Positions 44,700 through 57,020 of a DNA stretch of 64,000 bases are shown piece by piece; position 1 is the first letter of the stretch; each line of letters starts with the position of its first letter. Made by a program: the position numbers and the translations under genes. The notes under the pieces were generated by a model. That model had not been told where the DNA came from and searched no databases. It saw only the letters and a list, made by a program, of their open reading frames with translations. Source of the DNA: Macrostomum lignano (lineage: Eukaryota); the NCBI GenBank assembly GCA_002269645.1, contig NIVC01000763.1, positions 383,484 to 447,483 on the forward strand. Reading direction: 5' to 3'.

Positions 44700-45810
44700 T
44701 CCCCTGGCCCGGAAATACGCAGGAGAAGCGTCAGCAGTGGGAATTCTTTCCCTCGATGCTGATCACGAGCTCAAGACGATTCTAGAAGAAAATTCGGAAT
44801 TATTCTCAGATGGTCTTGGGAAGATAAAACATTATACAGCCAGACTGCATCTCAAGGAGAACACAACTCCAAAGTTTTGTAAAGCACGACCGGTACCATT
44901 TGCTCTTAAGCCCGCCATCGAGCAGGAACTCAAAAGCCTAGAGAATCAGGACATTATCCGGAAGGTGAAGACGTCTGACTATGCAAGTCCAATCGTCCCT
45001 GTGCTGAAGAAGGATAGAAAATCGATACGAATCTGTGCAGACTATAAGCGAACTATAAACCCTGCCCTCGAGGTGGACATTTATCCGCTAGGCAAGCCGG
45101 ACGAACTGTTTACTCGACTCAGCGGAGGCAAATTCTTTACGAAACTGGACATATCTCAGGCCTTTCTTCAGCTGGAGCTACAGGAGGAGTGCCGCAAGTA
45201 CACCACTATCAACACCCATATGGGCCTGTACGAATACAACAGATTAGTTATGGGCCTGGCAAGCTCTTCAGCTCAGTTTCAGGAGGCTATGGACAAGATT
45301 TTGAGCGATACGGATGCGATTTGTTTCGTCGACGATATCGTCATTAGCGCCGCATCACAAAGCGAGCATAACAAAAAGCTGAGAAACGTTTTGGTTCTGC
45401 TGAAGAACCACGGAATTAAACTGAACAAGAGCAAATGTGAATTCATGATGCGCGAGATTGAGTTCCTCGGTCACGTGATCGACGAGAACGGCGTGCATCA
45501 GTCACCGAGAATTATGAAAGCCATCGCGGAGGCTCCAAGGCCAACCAATATTCCAGAAGTCCGCTCGCTAGTTGGGCTAATCAACTACTACAGGAAGTTC
45601 ATCAGAGGCCTGTCCGACATCCTAGCACCTCTAAATGCATTGCTCCAGAAGGACGCTGAGTTTATTTGGAGTAACGAGTGTGAACGAGCATTTGTTGCGT
45701 GCAAGTCAGCTCTAACATCTACTCAAGTACTAGTCCACTACGACCCGGACAAGCTGTTCATACCGACGCGTCATGCTATGGTGTCGGCGCGGTGCTTTCA
45801 CATATTATGA
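44620..45810 (+). CDS. Pol part 1: reverse transcriptase (frameshifted at both ends)
   Basis: RPVPFALK, YASPIVPVLK, ICADYKRTIN, FTKLDISQAFLQL, CFVDDIVI, FLGHVID. Confidence 0.88.
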   Translation: MATLRRSCRSSSLTAQSRTCDWITQLDPLARKYAGEASAVGILSLDADHELKTILEENSELFSDGLGKIKHYTARLHLKENTTPKFCKARPVPFALKPAIEQELKSLENQDIIRKVKTSDYASPIVPVLKKDRKSIRICADYKRTINPALEVDIYPLGKPDELFTRLSGGKFFTKLDISQAFLQLELQEECRKYTTINTHMGLYEYNRLVMGLASSSAQFQEAMDKILSDTDAICFVDDIVISAASQSEHNKKLRNVLVLLKNHGIKLNKSKCEFMMREIEFLGHVIDENGVHQSPRIMKAIAEAPRPTNIPEVRSLVGLINYYRKFIRGLSDILAPLNALLQKDAEFIWSNECERAFVACKSALTSTQVLVHYDPDKLFIPTRHAMVSARCFHIL

Positions 45811-47507
45811 GCGATTCGGATGAGAAGCCAATCTGTTATGCGTCCAGAGGCCTGTCCAAGGCTGAGAAGAACTATTCGCAAATAGAAAAGGAAGGTTTAG
45901 CAATAGTCTTCGCGGTGAAAAAGTTCCACCAGTATTTGTACGGCAGACGGTTTATTCTGGTCACTGACCATAAACCGCTTGTGACGATATTCGGTCCGAA
46001 GAACAACATTCCAAGCATAGCTGCCAGTCGGTTGCAGCGCTGGGCTGTGATTCTGTCAGCCTATCAGTTCGAGATTCGATACAGGCGGACAGACGAACAT
46101 GGAAATGCGGACGCGTTGTCAAGACTGCCGCTGGAGAATACTAAGTCCACGGAGGATGGTGTGTTCCAGAATCGCATAGAGGCTCAACCAATCGACCATG
46201 GAGAGTTAAAGAGAGCAACAGCGATGGACGAAAATCTGTCCCGTGTTCTGCGATACTGTCGTTTTGGGTGGCCAGAACATAGCGAACAAGAGCTTCAGCC
46301 CTACCACTCGAGGCGAAACGAGCTGAGTGTTGAAGATGGAGTCATCTTTTGGGGCATCAGGATGTTGATCCCTGCTTCACTGAAGCAGCAGCTACTGCAA
46401 CTGCTACACGAAGGGCACCCCGGCATTGTGGGCATGAAGTCCCTGGCACGGCTGCATGTATGGTATCCAGGGATCGATAAAGACATCGAGACGGCTCTAA
46501 CCAAATGCAAGGGTTGCCAAGCGCAGAGGAACCTGCCGCCACAGGCGCCACTGCAGCCGTTGCTCTGGCCAGAAAAGGCATGGACTCGACTTCACTTGGA
46601 CTTCTTTGGTCCATGCTACGGGTTCATGTGGCTTGTCGTTGTCGATGCCACAACCAAATGGGTTGAAATTTACCCGATGAGGTCGGCGACTGCCCATGGC
46701 ACGATCACCAAGCTGCAGGAAACTTTCGCGAGATATGGTTATCCGAGGCAAATCCTCTCTGACAATGGGTCGCAGTTCACTGCTGAGGAATTTAAAAACT
46801 ACCTTCGAAGCTGCCGCATCACACAAATTCTGACGTCGGTGGGGCATCCAAGATCGAATGGACTAGCCGAGCGAATGGTTCAGACCGCCAAAAGAGCGTT
46901 AAGAGCGGGCATGAAGGACTCTCATGATGCACTAGGATGCCTAAATGCTTTTCTAGCGCGCTACCGAGTTACGCCACACTCTACAACCGGCAAGACGCCT
47001 AGCGAGATGATGCTAAAGTACTCGCCAAGAACTAAACTTAGTCATCTTCACCAGGACACCGAGCAAAGAGTTGCTGAGAAGCAGGAGCAGCAGAAGCAGC
47101 AACACGACAAGGGAGCTTCAAAAGTAGCCCGTGAGTTTGAACCTGGAGAATCTGTGCTCGTGCTCGACTTCAGGAAGCAAGGAGAGGACAAATGGGCCGT
47201 CGGAGAAATTCTTAAGCGCCGTGCACAACTCTCGTATCTGGTGAAAGTAGGCCGCATGGTCTGGAAACGGCACGTGGACCACATTACTTCGACAGGACTT
47301 CAAACGGAGAGCAAGGCCGCTTTGTCCCATGAATTGCTGGAGCAGCTAATCGGGAAAGGCAATAACGAGTCGCAGGCAATTAACTCAGGCGGAGGAGCGA
47401 CAACCAAGACTAGATGTGCGGAGACTGCCCAGGCCAGGAGGCATCGCTACAAGCATGAGGATGTGCCTCTAACTCAGACCAGACTGAGACCCCGAGCTGC
47501 AACTTGA
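45699..47507 (+). CDS. Pol part 2: RNase H-integrase
   Basis: TDASCYGVGAVL, YSQIEKEGLA, TDHKPL, HEGHPG..CKGC, LHLDFFGP, SDNGSQF, HPRSNGLAERMVQT, GPY/F-like tail. Confidence 0.9.
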   Translation: MQVSSNIYSSTSPLRPGQAVHTDASCYGVGAVLSHIMSDSDEKPICYASRGLSKAEKNYSQIEKEGLAIVFAVKKFHQYLYGRRFILVTDHKPLVTIFGPKNNIPSIAASRLQRWAVILSAYQFEIRYRRTDEHGNADALSRLPLENTKSTEDGVFQNRIEAQPIDHGELKRATAMDENLSRVLRYCRFGWPEHSEQELQPYHSRRNELSVEDGVIFWGIRMLIPASLKQQLLQLLHEGHPGIVGMKSLARLHVWYPGIDKDIETALTKCKGCQAQRNLPPQAPLQPLLWPEKAWTRLHLDFFGPCYGFMWLVVVDATTKWVEIYPMRSATAHGTITKLQETFARYGYPRQILSDNGSQFTAEEFKNYLRSCRITQILTSVGHPRSNGLAERMVQTAKRALRAGMKDSHDALGCLNAFLARYRVTPHSTTGKTPSEMMLKYSPRTKLSHLHQDTEQRVAEKQEQQKQQHDKGASKVAREFEPGESVLVLDFRKQGEDKWAVGEILKRRAQLSYLVKVGRMVWKRHVDHITSTGLQTESKAALSHELLEQLIGKGNNESQAINSGGGATTKTRCAETAQARRHRYKHEDVPLTQTRLRPRAAT

Positions 47508-47583
47508 TGTGACGGAAATTTTTGTTTAAGAGGAAAACTTACTCTTGCACAATGACGAACAAATTTTTCTAAGGGGAGACATA

Positions 47584-47797
47584 TGTGGTATATGCGCATA
47601 TAAAGTATATTTCATTTCACACACATTGGCCATAGACACTGCCCCTGTTAACCCTGCGTTCTAAAGCTAATATAAGGAGAGCAAATATAAAGGAAATGAA
47701 TGTTAACATCGGCATGGCAAGAGCCCGCTACCAAGCTTGAGATTACTAACCATAATTCACCTGGACTTCGAGTTGGTAACGGAAGTCGGATGTAACA
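47584..47797 (+). repeat. 3' LTR (214 bp)
   Basis: Follows the PPT, begins TG and ends CA; its last 21 nt equal 43417-43437. Confidence 0.85.
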
Positions 47798-48229
47798 CTA
47801 CTACACTGTAATTGCTCGTCTTTGCATTTCGTCAAATAAAGTGTGCTAGCCCCTATGGTTCCTACTGAAATTATCTCACCAATTTGCTGCAGTTCTTTAG
47901 TTCTAATTTCTCTATCCTATAAATTGTCACTAATATATCTACTTTGCGTAGCGTTGGCAGCCCTAATCTATTACTCTTTCCTAGAAACTTCTAATTTCAC
48001 ACGGTTTCCTAGAAACCTCGTGATAGCGTGTAGTGCCCGAGCGGTAAGACACTGTCTAATTCCCTAATTCAGTCCAAAAGTATAGCGTTCTCCGGGGACC
48101 AAGGATGTCCAGCGGTAACTAATCTACTTCCCTAATACCTAATTTCTTAATGCTTAATGCCTATTATTAGCCTGTACGGCTTTCCTAGGATCTGTACGAT
48201 CTCGATCTCCCTACTCAGGTTCCTATTCT

Positions 48230-48402
48230 TGGGTCTCCACGACCTCTGGTTTCCTATCCAGATCCTTAGTTCTTGGGTCTCCACGACCTCAAGTTTCCTA
48301 ATCAGATCCCTATCTAGAGTCCTGGTTTTGGGTCTCCACGACCTCTGGTTTCCCTATCTAAAGTCCTGGTTTTGGGTCTCCACGACCTCTGGTTTCCCTA
48401 TC
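48230..48402. repeat. Short dispersed/tandem repeat (gggtctccacgacctctggtttcc)
   Basis: 4 imperfect copies. Confidence 0.75.
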
Positions 48403-49387
48403 TTATGAAAGAAATAACGAGATAAGTCTTAGCCAAATTTAGATTTGTTTCGCTAAAAGATTCTCGCAAGAATAGTTAAAGGCAATTATTGGGAACGATC
48501 GCCGAGGTTATATTTTTCTAGCGTCAACCTGATTCCTTATATACAGAAAATTTGGGGAAGGTGGGACGCATTTTAACAATTACTAAAATTATAACAAAGA
48601 TAATTTGATTCGTTTGGGGGATTTAAACAAATGGGGAAGAAAATTTCTGATTGGCTGTGATTAAAACTCGGGTTTAACTACTGTTATAAGTAATATACAT
48701 AGTTTATAGGGGTTCTGCCTCAAAAGTTAAAATAAAAAAAAAAATAAAGTTACAGCTCGTTTCACAATGCTTGATAATCCAAGATGTTTTCTATTGGGTT
48801 TGGGTCACAGTCGTAGAATTATTTGCGAGGTGAGTGCCATCAAAATTGTCAAATATTGTATAAATACTCTCGTACACATTCGCGTTTATTCAGCCATCCC
48901 ATACTGGTTGCCGGAGAGGCTGCATGAGCGTTTCTGATGACAATTCTGATGATAGCCCCATCAATAGCGCGCTGCAAGCACCTGTCGCTGAAAGCGGTGC
49001 TGCTCTGTCTGCAGCTTCAGAATGAGAAGACCTTAGCGATTTTTACATGGTAACTGCATCGAACTAGCTGCAAAAAACTAAGACACTTCTTTTTGTGCTA
49101 TGTACAGCTCAGAAGGTGCTTCAAGCACTTGCCTTCCCTGTCAAAAACTTGGCATTGACAGAAAAAGCACCCCACTTGTCAACAGTGAATCAATAAAAAC
49201 ATCGAAGTCATTGAAATTATTGCTTTTACTTGTCAGCAGGGATTTCACTTTAATCTTCAGAACCCTGTCATGCTCTGGTATATTTATGGACCTTTAGAAT
49301 ATTCAATTCTGAAAACACATTCAGTGAATTTCGCTTAGAAAAGTCATCTAGTCAACTATCTGACAGACTTCCATTGAAGCTTCCGGA

Positions 49388-50475
49388 TCAGCCAGGATAG
49401 AAGAAGCCATAAGCTTCGATCTCGCAAATGGCAAACGCCTCGACCTGCCGATTCAGAACTCGAACTCGACTGCCGAGCTGCCAGCAGCTGAGGTTCTTCA
49501 CCAAGAATGGAGTCACAATGTTCACCTCGTGGCACACAACTCCGTCAACCAGCAGCTGGAAGTCGTTCAAACGTTGAGGGCAGCAGTCCTGCCTGTTGTA
49601 GATGGTGACGGATGCGACCATGGACTGCTGTGACAGCCGGCCCTCCCACCACTCAGAGCCGTTGTTGGTGGTGTGGCTGCAAGATCCGTCAAAATAATTT
49701 TGACGCTTGTCTCCATCGATAGCCCGGCTGCAAACGCCGCCTGATGAAGTGCTGCTTTGAGTGCAGTCTGTGAACATAATCTTCCTAATGCTTGTATCTG
49801 AAATTGTTGGCGTTTAATATGCTTTAATAACAACAACAACAACAACACCATACGCCACAGAGGGGGAGGTGTTAGAACGCACGCCTTTGTGCTGCACATC
49901 TCAAAAAGTCAGCTTCCCAAGTCAGAATCAGACCGGGGTTCGCGCATCCGTCAAAAGCTGGTCGGGTAACGGCTGGCGGCAGCGACTTTCCGACGGGATG
50001 ACGTGACGAGCGAGCCTGAGTCGCCTCCCGCGCAGCAGGCCAGAAGGCGAGCGCTGACATACAGCACGACGTTGAACTCGTAGCCAACATAAACAGCATA
50101 TGCACTCGTAGAGTGCTCACAAGACTCATACCAGCGTAGTGACACCAGCCACAAGTTCGACTTACCTGGAGCATAGATGTCGCAACGCCCGGTCGTGAGC
50201 AGTGTCCAGGAGTCCCTGTTGAAGAAGGCGGACACCGTGAAGAGCCGGCAGTCTCTAGCAAAGCTGAGCCAGCAGATGCCAAAGCAGCCAGACCTGGCTG
50301 AGCACAGTCCGGAGCAGTGGATCCGGCTGGCCGCCTTGTGCGAAGCGAAGCTCACTGGCGATGAGCTGCTGTCGCTTGAGTCGAGTCGGAACTCGTTTCT
50401 CTTCGAACTGGCCTGGCAGTCGGCGATGACGAGGGCCTGCAGGAGCAGAGCGGCAGTCAGCAGGTTGAGATGCAT
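49388..50475 (-). CDS. Secreted PAN/apple-like + F-type lectin (fucolectin/FTP) domain protein; exons 50475-50166 and 49797-49388
   Basis: Signal-like MHLNLLTAALLLQALVIA; Cys pattern CSGLCSARSGC..C..C; GTAAGT donor and TTTCAG acceptor join in phase 1 (YAP-D-TSIR); FTP motifs QSST..SRAIDG..GSCSHT..WW..TIYNRQDCCPQRL..CEIEAY; about 240 aa. Confidence 0.85.
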
Positions 50476-50720
50476 TCTTTCAATATTTTTAGCTATTGGT
50501 AGTCTCGCAAGAATTACTCGTAGAATTGCTAGCAACAACTTTCCACTGTGCAGATGTCTGTCCGTCATACTTCGTCAGGCTCGGAAGAGACTTAAATAGT
50601 CGATAGGATCGATTGTGGCTGACCAATCGCAGCCGCCTATTTTAATAGCTCAATCGACAAGCCACTGTTTTCAATAACAATGAGCATAGTTGAGCTGTTC
50701 ATGCTCATTTGTAAATCAAG

Positions 50721-52480
50721 ATGTCGCACCCGGTTCTTAAATCTGAAAGATCTGTTCAAAGTTTTCTAAAAAATCACATCAAGCCCCATGTTGATGCCGA
50801 AGTTTTCAAGAGGATCGTGCCCAGCGGTAGTCAGCCTGGTCAGATGTACGGATTGTGTAAAGTCCACAAACCTGACATGCCGTTAAGGCCGATTGTTTCT
50901 ATGGTTAACACAGCTGAATATGAGCTCGCTAAATTCCTTGACGATCTTATCAAGCCTCACATTGTCCGTGATCATTCGGTTAGGTCGAATAGAGAATTCG
51001 TTGAATCGATTAGCCAAATCCAATTAAGCGGTAAAGAATTGTTGTTTAGCTACGATGTGACTTCCCTGTTTACTAACATCCCGGTTGAATTTGCGATTGA
51101 CCTGGCCACTGACCTTGTCTACCAGAATAACCCTCTGACTATTCCTAAGAATGCTTTAAAAAGATGCTTGGTCTTGCGGTCTCTGGCATTTTCATGTTTG
51201 AAAACCAATACTACCGCCAAATTGACGGTGTCGCTATGGGGTGTCCTCTTGCCCCTACGCTTGCTGATCTGTGCATGAGCCATTGAGAGACTGAATGGAT
51301 GAAGCTCCCTAATGCCCCACGGTTTTATAAGCGTTATGTTGACGATACTTTTGCTGCTTTTGACAATAAAAAAGACCACGACAAGTTTCTTACCACTATC
51401 AACTCCACCCACCCGAACATCAAGTTCACCGTTGAGGGCGGAGGCAAGAATCTCGCTTTTCTTGATACCGAGGTTGACTGCTCTGGACACCGTCCTCTCG
51501 TGAAAGTTTACCGTAAACCGACGTTTACTGGACTGATGTTAAATTTTCATGCTTTATGCCCGTCTCACTGGAAAGTCGGGTTAGTTAGGTGCCCTCTTCA
51601 CAGAGCCTACGAGGTGAGCAGTTCTTGGAGTTTATTCCACCATGAGGTTCGTGCCCTGACTAAAATCCTCAGATCCAATGGTTACCCTCTCAGTTTTGTC
51701 AGCCGCATTATCAATGCGTTTGTCAACAAGAAAGTTTCCAGCGATGTGAGATCCAGGCAATCTGAGATGATTCTTGGGACGCTCTGTTGGTTCTCCCATT
51801 TTTTGGTAACGTTTCGCTTGACTTCAGGAAAAAAATTGAGAAAACATTTAACAAATGGCTTAAGTGCACCGTTAGGAGTGTTTTTCGCACTGAAAAGATT
51901 GGTTGCTATGCTAGCAGGCTCAAGTCAACTGTTCCACTTGCTCTAAGGGCTGGTGTTGTTTACCAATTTCGCTGCTCTGAGGATCAGAGCGTTTCCTACA
52001 TTGGAAAAACGAAGCGACACCTGCACACTAGAGCTAGGGAACATTGGCTAAAAAGCTCTGCGATTAATGACCATCTGCTTGTTTGTAAAAATTTTGTGAC
52101 GGTGAACCGATTCAGCTCTTTAAAGTGCTGGATGGGTGCAAATTTGACCATAAGCTTAAGATTATTGAAGCTTCTTATATCAGAATGCACAAACCCAACA
52201 TGAATGTGCAGCTTGCTGGCAATGGGGTGGAGCGTGAGCTAAGAGTACTGTGAGCAGAGCCATGCCTATTTTTTTCTCTCTCTCCCTTTGTTATGTACTT
52301 GGCACTTTTGAAATTCTACCGGACTGTTTTGACCCGCCTTTGGACTGTACAGTTTGTTTTGCTTAAATATATTGGTGCTGAAAATTAAGGTTAGTTGAAT
52401 TTGCCCTGACGACGTCTTGTGTTTGACGAAACGCGTTGGCTAAAAAGAAAATTTTATTTTATGTTTTTGTTGACGTTTAT
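50721..52480 (+). mobile_element. Penelope-like element (RT + GIY-YIG endonuclease), 5'-truncated and frameshifted
   Basis: GQMYGLCKVHKPDMPLRPIVS, SYDVTSLFTNIP, KRYVDDTF, FLDTEV, VYRKPTFTG; AGVVYQFRC..SYIGKTKRHLHTRAREH. Confidence 0.92.
52401..52442 (+). ncRNA. Minimal type I hammerhead ribozyme in the Penelope 3' region
   Basis: GCC-CTGACGA-c-GTC(ttgtgttt)GAC-GAAA-CGCG-TT-GGC: core CUGANGA and GAAA, stem II, the palindromic ACGCGT stem III typical of Penelope hammerheads, stem I GCC/GGC, predicted GUU cleavage triplet. Confidence 0.75.
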
Positions 52481-53589
52481 TTTCCTACTAAATACTCTTT
52501 CTACATAGGCTTGGTCCCTATGTTGTTCCACTCTGCCACAAAGCATTTTGGTATTGTGCTTTTGCAGGAGACTTTTGTCTATAGCTGAAGGGTGCATGAA
52601 CTCTTAGAGTATCTTGCAGAATTTGCAACTGCTTCTTGTAGACTTTTTTGTCTTTAGTAGGCGAGCTTCTTTATACTGGGTGTCAATGTCAACGACTGTT
52701 AGTGTCCACCTGTTACCTGAGTCATTAGAAAGAAACATTAAATCTGCCCGGAGTGACATGGTGACAGAAATGGAGTATTCCAAATTTCACAGTTAAAAAG
52801 ATAGATGGTTCCCTATCTGCTGCAACAATGGTCAGTGGCTATTAGGTTCTATGGAGGCTTAAGCTATGCTGGTACATGTACAGAAGGCCTCTTTATTCGT
52901 GCTTTGAACATAAAATATGTATTTTGACAACCTAACAGTGTGGGTGGAGTGACTGCATTCTTTTGAGACGGATGCTTTTTGTTTTGTTTTGTTGTTTTCG
53001 CGAGAATACGAGCGTACAATGAAGGCTGTATTTAGCATTGTATAATCGCATACAATGAAGCATTCTTGGGCCATGCATGGCTCACTCGCAATAAGTAAAT
53101 TTTCGTAGCTGGTGGCCTCAATAAAGTAATGATTGACAGGTCCGTTGCCCTGTTGCTCGGTCCGGAGGCTGAATAATTGTATTATGAAGACTGACAGTCG
53201 CATGAGGACGCTCAAACTGCATAGCAACGGAGTGGGAAAAAGCTTAACTTCAGACATGGAGCATAGCAACAAGCATTTACTGCATATTTTCGCGATGTTA
53301 CCGTTCACTGCACCCAAAAGGCTAGAATTATCATTTACGAGCGTACGAGCGTATGAAACCATGCAGTCTTTGAAAGCAGACAGTGCTTTTCACTTGAGTT
53401 TTGGGCTTGAGTCATGCTTTTTACAGGAGTCAGCCTAAATTTCAAACAGATGCTTTAAGCCACTTCCATATCCACTATGCTAAAAATGGTTAGATACCTA
53501 GAGAGTCTATATAGCGAAATCTGTACGATGCAGCCACCTTTAGGTGTTTCTGCCAAGTATACTTTAGTATCATTTTCCAGATAAATTTA

Positions 53590-56500
53590 GTACATCCTCG
53601 AACTGATGCAGGTGATGCTGCGGTCGTCCCCAGAGCCCTCGCTACGCTGGTAGAGCTCTGCTCTGCCAAAAACTACGAGCTCATGGTTGCCGGCGACATC
53701 AACGCCCACCACACTCACACTCACTGGGGCAGCACTGGCATTAATCAGAGAGGCGAAGACCTCCTAGCCTACGTTGCCTCTACGACCCTCGAGTTCTGCA
53801 ACCGGTCGGAGGTGATCGACGCTACGCTCGCAACGCCCAGACTCTACCAGAGTATTGGGGCGTGGCGGGTGCTTCCAGTGTCCTCACTCTCGGATCACAA
53901 GTTCATCTCCTTCAACCTAATGGCCGCGTGTTACGTGGAGACGGAACGCCAGAAATACTGATTGGGAAACCTTCGGGCTCGCCCTGAAGGAATTCCATCG
54001 GTCTCCTGGCCAACCATCCACGATCACGTCGTGCCGAGAGGCGGATGAGTGCGCGACTGTTTTGACAGAGACGCTAACCGCCGCCTTTGAGGCGTCCTGC
54101 CCTTTAAAAGCCTATAAAGGGAAAAAATCGGCGCCGTGGTGGAATCCCGAGCTCGGCAACCTCCGTCGCAGGGCTAAGAGACTCCACCGCAGAGCAACTA
54201 AAACTAAGAGCCCTGCGGACCAAACCGCCTATCATGAAGCAATCCATGAGTTTAAAATGCAGGTTAGGAATGCAAAGGCTCAAAAATGGCGACAATACTG
54301 TGAGGAGCTAGAGGGCTCACGCCCCACCTCCAGAGTTGTGAAAGCGCTCACGCTGGACAAAATGTCTAAGCTCTCTCGGTCAAACGCACCGACGGTACGT
54401 CCACGGACAACCCAGGGGAAACGCTTGATGTAATGCTCACTGCGTTTTTCCCCAACGAGCCAGCTAACCCGATCACTCCGGATCACTCGGAGGGAGGTCA
54501 TGCGCTGGCTGCCTCTATCATCGTGAGAGCGGCAAATTCCTTCAAGCCTTTCAAAGCCCCAGGACCCTACGGCATTGTACCGGCCCTCCTAAGAGAGGCG
54601 GTTAAATGCCCAGGCTTCCTGCGCAAACTTTGCAGCCTTCTTCGGGCATGCATCACGCTTGGTTATGTCCCACAGGCATAGACCGAGGCAAAGGTGATCT
54701 TTATCCCTAAGCCAGGCCGCCCGGACTACCATTCTATCAAATCCTTCAGACCGATCAGCTTGACCTCCTCCCTGGTCAAGCTGATGGATAGACTGGTGCT
54801 TTGGCGCCTTCTCTCTGTTGAGCTGAAGAACAAACCTCTCAGCGAGAACCAGCACGCTTTTCGGGCGGGTCGCTCCACTGAAAGCGCGCTGCTCGTCCTG
54901 GTCGATAAACTCGAGAAGGCCGTGCTTGGTAATGGCTTTGCTCTGGGGATCTTCCTGGACATCATTGGCGCCTTCGATAACGTCCTCTTTGAGGCGTTCC
55001 GAAGAGCTCTTTGTGAGAGGCAAACGCACTCACATCTCACCAGATGGATCATGTACATGATCAGCCATCGCACGGCCACCGCCAGTCTGCTGGGCTACCA
55101 GAGGACGGTCCCCGTCTGCAAAGGTAGCCCGCAAAATGGCGTGCTGCCTCCAGTTCTCTGGAATATGGTCATCGATGAGCTCCTCCGGGATGTTCGGCAT
55201 GACCCCATTCTGAAAGTTGGATATGCGGACGATGTCACCGCGGTGGCATCTGGTCCGTCCCCTGATACCCTCAGGGACCTTCTTCAGAACTTTATCTACG
55301 CCGCTGAGCAATGGGCGGACCGCTGTGGTTTAAGGCTCTCTGAGACTAAGACCGCAGCGATCATGTTCACCAGCAGGACCAAGTGGCAGATTCGGCCGCT
55401 CACGCTTTACGGAAGGGAAATCCCCTTCTGCAAGCAGACTAAATGTCTGGGTATTACCCTGGACCACAGGCTGAACTGGTCACCCCACGTTCAAACAAAA
55501 GCCAAAAAGGCCTTCGCAGTCCTCGCGCAATTGCGCAGGGCTGTCGGCACCACCTGGGGGCTCACCCCCAAGCGCCTCTGGTGGATCTACACTGCAATGG
55601 TTAGGCCCGCTATCTCGTATGGCGGCCTGATCTGGGCTAGCGCCCTGCAGATAAAGACCTGTCTAGAGGCTCTCAGGAGAGCGCAAGGGCGCGCATGTCG
55701 CACGACCATGAGCGCCCCTCCGTCTGCTCCTTACGATGGCCTCAACGCCTTCCTCAACATTCCTCCGCTGGACATCTTTGTTCGCAGGGAAGCGGCTAAG
55801 ACTGCCCGTCCTCTAGCTGACGCTGGCATTCGAATCCAGCCCCATAGGGCCATGGCTAAGCGCAAGCTTCTGCCCCACGCTGACCTCTGCCTCAAGGACT
55901 TGAGAGACAGCGGCGGGCTCCACGTCCTATCTGACGGCGAACCCCGCACTCTCAACCTCTTTCAGCGCTACAAGGTCACCATCCTTTCTAGGGATGCTGC
56001 CAATGACCACTGGAATTTCCAGGAGGTCCATTGCTACACGGACGGATCCATCAAAGACGGTCGCGCCGGCTTTGGGGTCTGCATCATCATCAACGGCCGC
56101 GTAATTGCCACGCATGCCCAGCACACTGGTAGACTCTCCACAGTCTTCCAGACCGAAGTCCTTGCCATCAGCTCTTGCGCTGCAGAGCTGAACGTCAAGG
56201 TTACGAGAGGAAAGACTATTGTCATCCACTCCGACAGCCAAGCGGCCTTACAGGCCCTTTGCCACACCACAACGAACTCCCGGACAGTCGCCGACTGCGC
56301 CCGGCAGCTCAACCTCCTGGCCAGAAGCAATACTATCAGGCTGAAGTGGATCCCAGGGCACGCAGGGTTTCCGGGGAACGAGCTGGCAGACACCCTCGCC
56401 AAGAGGGGCGGCTCTGGCTCTTTCTTCGGCCCTGCCCCCCTGGTCCCTATGCCCTTGACAGTCAGATCGACGACTGGGCTGACTCCCTCCACAGGGACAG

Positions 56501-57020
56501 ATGGGCGGGCACCCAAAACTGCCGGCAATCTCGTGCCGCGGTTCCTTGCCCGTCTCGCAGGCTCAGAAACATCCTTCTGAACCAGAATCGGAAGGATATT
56601 CGAGCCATTGTATGACCCTTACCGGGCATGGCTACCTCGCCAGGCACTGCTTCCTCCGAGGCGACCTCGAGAGCAAAATTTGCCCCTTTTGCGAGTGCGA
56701 CAATGAAGATGCTCAGCACTTTGTCTGTCACTGCCCTTTCTTTAACAGAGACCGGCTACGCTACCTCGGGCCGAACCCGTCCATTGACGAGGTCTGCCAG
56801 CCCGACAGCATCTCACGGCTCATCCAGTTCCTTCGGGCGACTAGACGAGCCAGTTTCTTCCCAACGGAAGATCACGCTGCAGGACGGACCGGCGGACCAC
56901 CCTGACCGGCCCCACGCCTCTGCCTGTCTGCGGGCTTTCAGGGGCTAGCGGAATGGGCGACCCTCGCCTCCCCGCTGTGTCTACGGACCACCCTGCAGCT
57001 AAGTCAAGTAAGTCAAGATG
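53590..57020 (+). mobile_element. Non-LTR retrotransposon with APE-RT-RNase H-CCHC (LOA/Lian/I-group-like), degenerate
   Basis: APE: AGDINAHH..WGS, IDATLAT, LSDH. RT: FRPISLTS, NQHAFRAGRST, FLDIIGAFD, GSPQNGVLPP, YADD. RNase H: YTDGS, FQTEV, HSDSQAAL, WIPGHAGFPGNELADTLAK. CCHC: CPFCECDNEDAQHFVCHC. Stop at ~54678 plus frameshifts; aagtc-repeat tail. Confidence 0.92.

Larger units (their letters stand above)
43417..47797 (+). mobile_element. Ty3/gypsy LTR retrotransposon (Mag-like), near full length, frameshifted, 5' LTR reduced to 21 nt
   Basis: PBS tggcgacgaggat at 43439 (complementary to the 3' end of tRNA-Ser(GCU)); gag-PR-RT-RH-IN order; PPT aaggggaga at 47571; 3' LTR TG..CA at 47584-47797. 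Confidence 0.93.

Noticed and set aside
52520-53400. Possible piggyBac remnant on the minus strand (DYTMLNTAFIV, a Cys-rich tail)
   Set aside because: No catalytic motifs, TTAA TSD or TIRs could be identified, so the similarity is too weak.
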